A stretch of DNA of 64,000 nucleotides, taken from contig CAIMPC010000057.1 of NCBI GenBank assembly GCA_903843285.1, forward strand, positions 6,456 through 70,455, written 5' to 3'. Shown here piece by piece: positions 24,601 to 30,600 of this stretch (positions are counted from its first letter, which is position 1; the number at the start of each line of letters is the position of its first letter). The DNA is from Candidatus Omnitrophota bacterium (GTDB lineage: Bacteria; Omnitrophota; Gorgyraeia; 2-01-FULL-45-10). The translations under genes and the position numbers were made by a program. The notes under the pieces were generated by a model. The model was not told the origin of the DNA. It did not search any database and saw only the letters and a list, made by a program, of their open reading frames with translations.

Positions 24601-27600
24601 CACTCGGCTAATTTGGCTTCGCAATTCTCCTCTATATAATTTCTTAACTCTTTTACTTCCGCGTCTGATTCAACCTTAAGCAATATAGGCTGTCCATTAC
24701 CCAGTCTTTTATTCAACCTTTCGGCCAGCATAGTCCATTTATCTTCCCTCGTCTTAAAACCCGTATGCCCTGCGCTCTTATCCAGAGTCTGGGACAAACC
24801 GGCTATAGTCCTGACCTCTTTGCCGGGGTATATGCTCTCAAAACGTTTCGCCTCCATAGTTCCACTGGCGCCGGCGTAGTCGGTAATGAGATCTCTATTC
24901 TTCTCAAACTGTTCTATCGTCATCGACGCAAGCGTATATGTCTCTGGGCTAACTTCATCTACACCTGCCATTATCTCTATGGCCTGCTGTAACCCCTCAC
25001 CAAAATTCATTCCTACTTTCTTCGCGCCCGTATGTTCATCTCGAACATATACTTTGCCGTCTTCAAAATAGTACTGAACACCTATCGAATAAAAAAGATG
25101 GGCTTTAAGGGCATCTATCGCGAAATTCTCCGAGTTTTGATTAATCAGCTCGGCAAGCTTCGGGTTATCTTTTGCATATTTACCTACGGCATTTCTGAGG
25201 GCGCCATGAGCTTTATCGGTCAGGGATACTTCCTTGGAACCCTCCGGCACATAAAACATACTCTTGTCCGTTAGTAGCGTGTCCCTGACTATTTCGTCTA
25301 TGGCCCTTCGTACAACTATTCTATCCTGCCAATCCTCTAACTTATCGCCCGAGATTACGCAGGGGGTAGCTGAGCCAAACACCAGCATTAGATCGGTCTC
25401 GTCACTCAGTGAGAAATATTTATGGTTATTCATAGCCTTTCGACCGATGCCGAGGCTCTCTTTCAGATGACGATGAACGAACCTGTCCCACTTCCCATAT
25501 ATAATGGCGCATCTATCAAAGACCTCGTCTGCCGTAGTCTCTTTTCTGACGCCATTCTCAAATATAACGCCCATTTCTTCGACCTTACCATCATCTGTAA
25601 CGTGCGGAAGTATAAACCCAGTGACAACATCCTCCCCGCAACGGCTCAATACATCTCCGATATTATCCTTTTCCATGGCCTGCGTGGTCAGCGCATCTTC
25701 GTGTGTCTTTATAATTACCCTTTCGCCCCTCTCTCTGAATCTCGATAGCGCCGCTCCAGCTAAAGTGATAGTCTTGCCACCGCCCGTCCTTAATTCTGTA
25801 AATCTGCCTTCCTTTAGCTCCCTCATTGCCTCGATCTGACCGGGCCTGTAATTAGAATATCCTGTTTCTTGAAGTAATCTGGTTTCGATTTCGTTAGGGG
25901 TTAATTCGATGGGCTTTACGGCCTCTGGAATGATTTCTTTCGGTTGCGCTTTAGCTTTAGGCGGGGCAAGGATACGAGCGGTGGTTCTTTGGGCATTCAA
26001 TAATAACCTCGCGATCCCGTCATAAAGCTTGATGCCGGCTATAACAAGTCCTGCCATAGCTGTACCTATCGCCGTGGCTAGCGGGAAGTAGCTTATCACC
26101 GCGCCAATGCTCGTAACTAACGGCGCGGCCACTAACGCTAACACAGCCAGACCTGCGGCGCCGAACAATACGAGGCCGACATTACCAAATCCCCTATCGC
26201 CCCTGCCTCGGCTTCTTGAAATGTAACGACCAGGCGTTCGTGCGGGAGTTTGCTTTGCCCTGAGTGCTTGCACAGCCTTAACCGCAAAGAACGGTAGAAG
26301 CAATAAAGCAATTGATGTAATCCACGTAACGGCACTAATGAAGGATAGAGTCCAGCGTTGATTGAGATATGCGATGCTGAGATTCTTAAGCGGCACATTT
26401 ATACGTAATACTTCTTTATAGAATTTGCCTTCAGCTTCAAACGTAGCCCTCTCAAATGACGGAAGATCTCTAAAGATCTCTGTAAGATACCCGAGAAGTT
26501 TCAGATATAACTCTCCATAGCCTTTGGCAACATCTCCCCTTCTATGGTGTACGGACTCGTGGACCAGAACCCCTATATTACTTACCGTACTGTTCTCTTT
26601 TCGTAGCTCTATCTTCGCTCCACGCGGGTCTTTAGCTATCCATCCGAAGAAACTGTCACCGCTCGTAGCCCCGGAAAACCAGTTAGTGCTTACCAGTAAT
26701 ATGGCTACATTATTTTTCTCGAGGTATAAGTAGGTTTCCGGATCGAATACCGATGTGGCAAAAAGAATCTTTTGGAGTTCTTTGTTCGACTTAGATTTTA
26801 TGTAATTTGGCAGGCTTGCCTTATCAACATTTTCCCATACGCTACTGACAATGTCGCTAAACTTCTCGATTCTATTTTGTGGCATATTTCTAAGGCTAAA
26901 ATCATCATTATCTCTCAACACGAGTGTGCCGTTCACTATAGCTGAACTGAGAAGTAGCGGATCGGCAGAGGTATCGCCTTTGATCTTAAACTTTTTGGCG
27001 ATATCCTGAAAATAGTCCTTATTTGCCATATCTGCGAAGTATTTATTTGCGGCGTCGCTGAGCTTCTTCTGATCGAGGGCAAACTGACCCGAAGAGATCG
27101 GAATGTTCGCCTTTGATTCATCGTGACTAAGAACGGTTTCTTTGGAAATTGCCGTAGGCGTGGCTTCGACTTCGCCGATCTGTGTCTTTTCGCGCGTAGG
27201 GCCTGCCATCGCTTTGGCGGTATTATAAGAGGAAGCTACTTGGGAGGTTGAACCGCAACCGGAGATAAAAAGTGTCGCTCCGATAACCATAGCAAGAAGT
27301 AGGGTATGGGACTGTTGCGAAATGCCAAATTCCGCGTCATTCTGAAGCGAAGGGGCCGAAGGGTGAAGTAAAGAGCGTCCGTCATCCTGACGAGCAGAGC
27401 GAGGAAGGATCTCGTTTTTAGATTCTTCGGTCGACCGTTGGCCTTCCTCAGAATGACGGAAGTTGTCTTTCGCAACAGTCCCCGGATTGAGAGCTGTGCG
27501 CTCAAAAGTAGCGACTTTCTCATCAATGTATTCTTTTGTCCGGGCTTCCAATTCTAATTTAGTCTTAAGTTCTTCAGCAGTACTAGGCGGATCTGCTATC

Positions 27601-30600
27601 CAATCTCGTAGATGTAAATACTCGTCTTCACGTATACTAAATAACTGTGGGGATTGAGATGACTTGGCTAATTTATCAAGCAGATCCAAAATATTTTCCA
27701 ACCTTTTTAGATTGCTATCAATTTTAGTAAAATAATCAGAGTCATCCACAAAGCTTATATCTGCGTAGCCTATAAGAACAGCTAGGGCGTTGGGTACATC
27801 ATAATATGATTTGCCCAGCTTATTAAGCGACTTATACAACGCTTTTTTATATCTGGGTAAGTCTTCAGACACAACCTTCTCTCTTACAGGTATACCCCTT
27901 ACTATAAGAAGTATTTTATCTTTATAAACGTTCATTTCTTTTAGTAATTTTTCTATTTCCTCCGCCTTTTTCTTGCCATCCCGTTTTTCCAGTGCTAATC
28001 TTATGTCCCCCACTACTTTACGCATGTCTAACACGGGTTCTCGCAGATCCTTAACTAATCCCCGTGCCAACTCTCGCAAACTATCAACTTCTGCGGCCTC
28101 TTTCGATACTGTCTGACTCGAAGATGGCGGCAATTTCACCTCTGGCGCCGATGGTTCTCCTGCCGCTGATACAGACGCTCCTACGAGCACAGGCGCTGGG
28201 GCAATAGGTGTAACCGGTACAGGGGCTTCGACCGACACCGGCGCCGCCGAGGTAACTGTCTGAACAGAAACTAACGGCTGTATTACCGGTGACTCCACAA
28301 CCACGTTAAAGTCAGTTGCTCCAAATACGGAACCGCACATAGTCATTTCTACTAATCTCGCAACACCATCAGGCGTCATCGCCGCACCCTGAGGGAACTG
28401 AGATGTCGGCGCGATCTTTCCGTCACCAATGCCAAGCTCTTTTTTTACAGCAGACTTAACGCTTTCCTTATCATTACCATTTATGCCTTTTCTCCTGGCA
28501 ACCCTATTAAATTCTTCATCGAAATTACCTTTAGCCTTGGCCCGATTCATCGTCTCTGCGATATCGACTGCGACCGAGTGGAGTACTAGGTTACGCGTAG
28601 CCTGGTTAGAATTCTCGAGCTCAGCCAGGCGATCTTCCACCGTCTTAAGATTAGATATTTTCTTACCGTTACCGGATTTTGAAATTAGATATTCTTCTAT
28701 CTCGCGGCTCGTCGACGGTCTCGTCTTAATATTTGCTATATTGCCATCCTTATCACGCTCTGCCGAAACCGTGGTGTATATAAAATCTGCCTGATCGGCC
28801 ATCGTCTTAGTCTCGATGGCTACATCTTCGGCCTTTATAATGCCCTTAGCCCTAAGCTCTTCGTAGGCATTCCGATAACTCTGAATCCAGAGCTTCTTCA
28901 CGCTCTCGACATCCTTCTTCTCCATCACCGCCTGGGCGAGGCTCGTGGCTACTATATCCTGTATGAAAGACGTCACCTTTCCGGGATTCGCCGCTTCGTC
29001 GCCGAGATACTTATCCGTAGCTACCTGATACTTGCCGCTATCTATCAGATCCGAATAAGGCTCGGTCTTATTAGTCAATATCGCTACATACGGCCTCTCG
29101 CCCTTAGATGCGTCAAACTTCGGCAGGATTACTATGTAAGATGTCTTACTCTTTCTTAGCAGTTCTGTGATGCCCTGCGAGTGATAACCACCGGTGATGA
29201 GCGCCGCCACATTCTGCCGGCGATCCTTCATGGTCGCGATCGTATTGGCCAGTATGGTGTGGTTTCTCTTCTCGGCCGTCTTATAGAAATCCAGCGCCAC
29301 AGGCACATCATTAAATATCTTCTCGAGGTCATATCCTGCGCCGATGGTGACGTTATATTTGATGGAGGCATCGCGTATGAAAGACGCCACAGAAGTAGCA
29401 TTGCAACGATCAATATTTGTAGCGAGGTATCCGAAGTCGCCGTTAGTGAGCTTAAGATCAAACAGGTCTTTTACGAACTCCACGCACTTCATAATATCGT
29501 AAAGTTTCCGCTGGTCATCGCCGGTAAATAACTTCTCTTTTATCTGGTCCTCAAAATTCTTCACTTCTTCAAATATAGCGGTGAGGTCTATGGACTCATA
29601 CAGGGTGATATAGTCGGTGTAGGCTATCAGATTCTTATATGGCTCGGCGTCGATGTGGACTCTCTCTGCCTCTTCCTGCAGGAAGACATAATATTCACTG
29701 TTAGAGATCTTGCCCGTTTTAAACGACAGAGACTTCAGGACTATCTGCTCGAGGTCCTGCTTGGCAGCCTTTTTGCTCAGTGCATCTATAAGCGCATCTC
29801 TCTCCTTATTCGCCCTGTCAAAGCTTATCGTCTTCTCGAGCTTCAGCGACTCTACCAGTTTCGTCAGATTTTCAAAATTCTTATAGTCGACGCCGGTCTT
29901 TGCGGCCAACTCCCTCACCAGGGCCCATCTCTGGGTAAAGGTGATCTTACCATTCTTGTGAAGAACTGAATTTGTGGTAAGATCCTTTAGTTCCTGGGAA
30001 TAGATCTTATCACGAAGGCCGGCCAATGCAGTAAGCAGGTTATCGATATCGCCCTTAATCTCGTTATTTGCTTTATATACAGCCCTGAACTGATCGAGGT
30101 TCTCCCGGTATAGCGGCTTATTTTCTATACCGTATAGGGCGATAGACTTATTGGATGTGATAGCGAAAAATTCGCCTGCTGATAATTTACCGGCGCCCAT
30201 GAAGTGCCTGGCCGTATTCTTTTTAATATTATCGTCAGGGAATGTCCTGAGGATGGATGTATCGACATAGCCCGAAGATCCTTCTATGGCTACGAGATTG
30301 ATGTCATAATTTGTTACCAGCGAATCGAGGACGGAAGCTATCGATTCCTGGGCACCGAGTGACGCGTGGGCATCCTGGATATTGATGATCGTCCTGTCGC
30401 CGGGCGCGGTGTAGACTTCTTTCGTTACAGCGACGTCTTTGGGGACGTTAATGGGGCTATTTACATTGACGGGAGTCTTAAAATTCGGGGTGGCATTCTG
30501 AGCCTTTGACCATATGGGCGAGCCATTCTGCGCCCAGATAAGATCTTGATTTACAAATGTAACGACGAGGAGAATCGCTATCGAGCGTATCCAGATCTTA

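Noticed and set aside
876-29969. About 90 plus-strand ORFs of 60-200 aa listed in the track within the giant-gene interval (for example 14641..15249, 22933..23355, 17839..18213).
   Set aside because: All lie antisense to a continuous 30 kb frame. Their translations are low-complexity or hydrophobic mirror images with no recognisable motifs. Best explained as chance open frames opposite a long gene.
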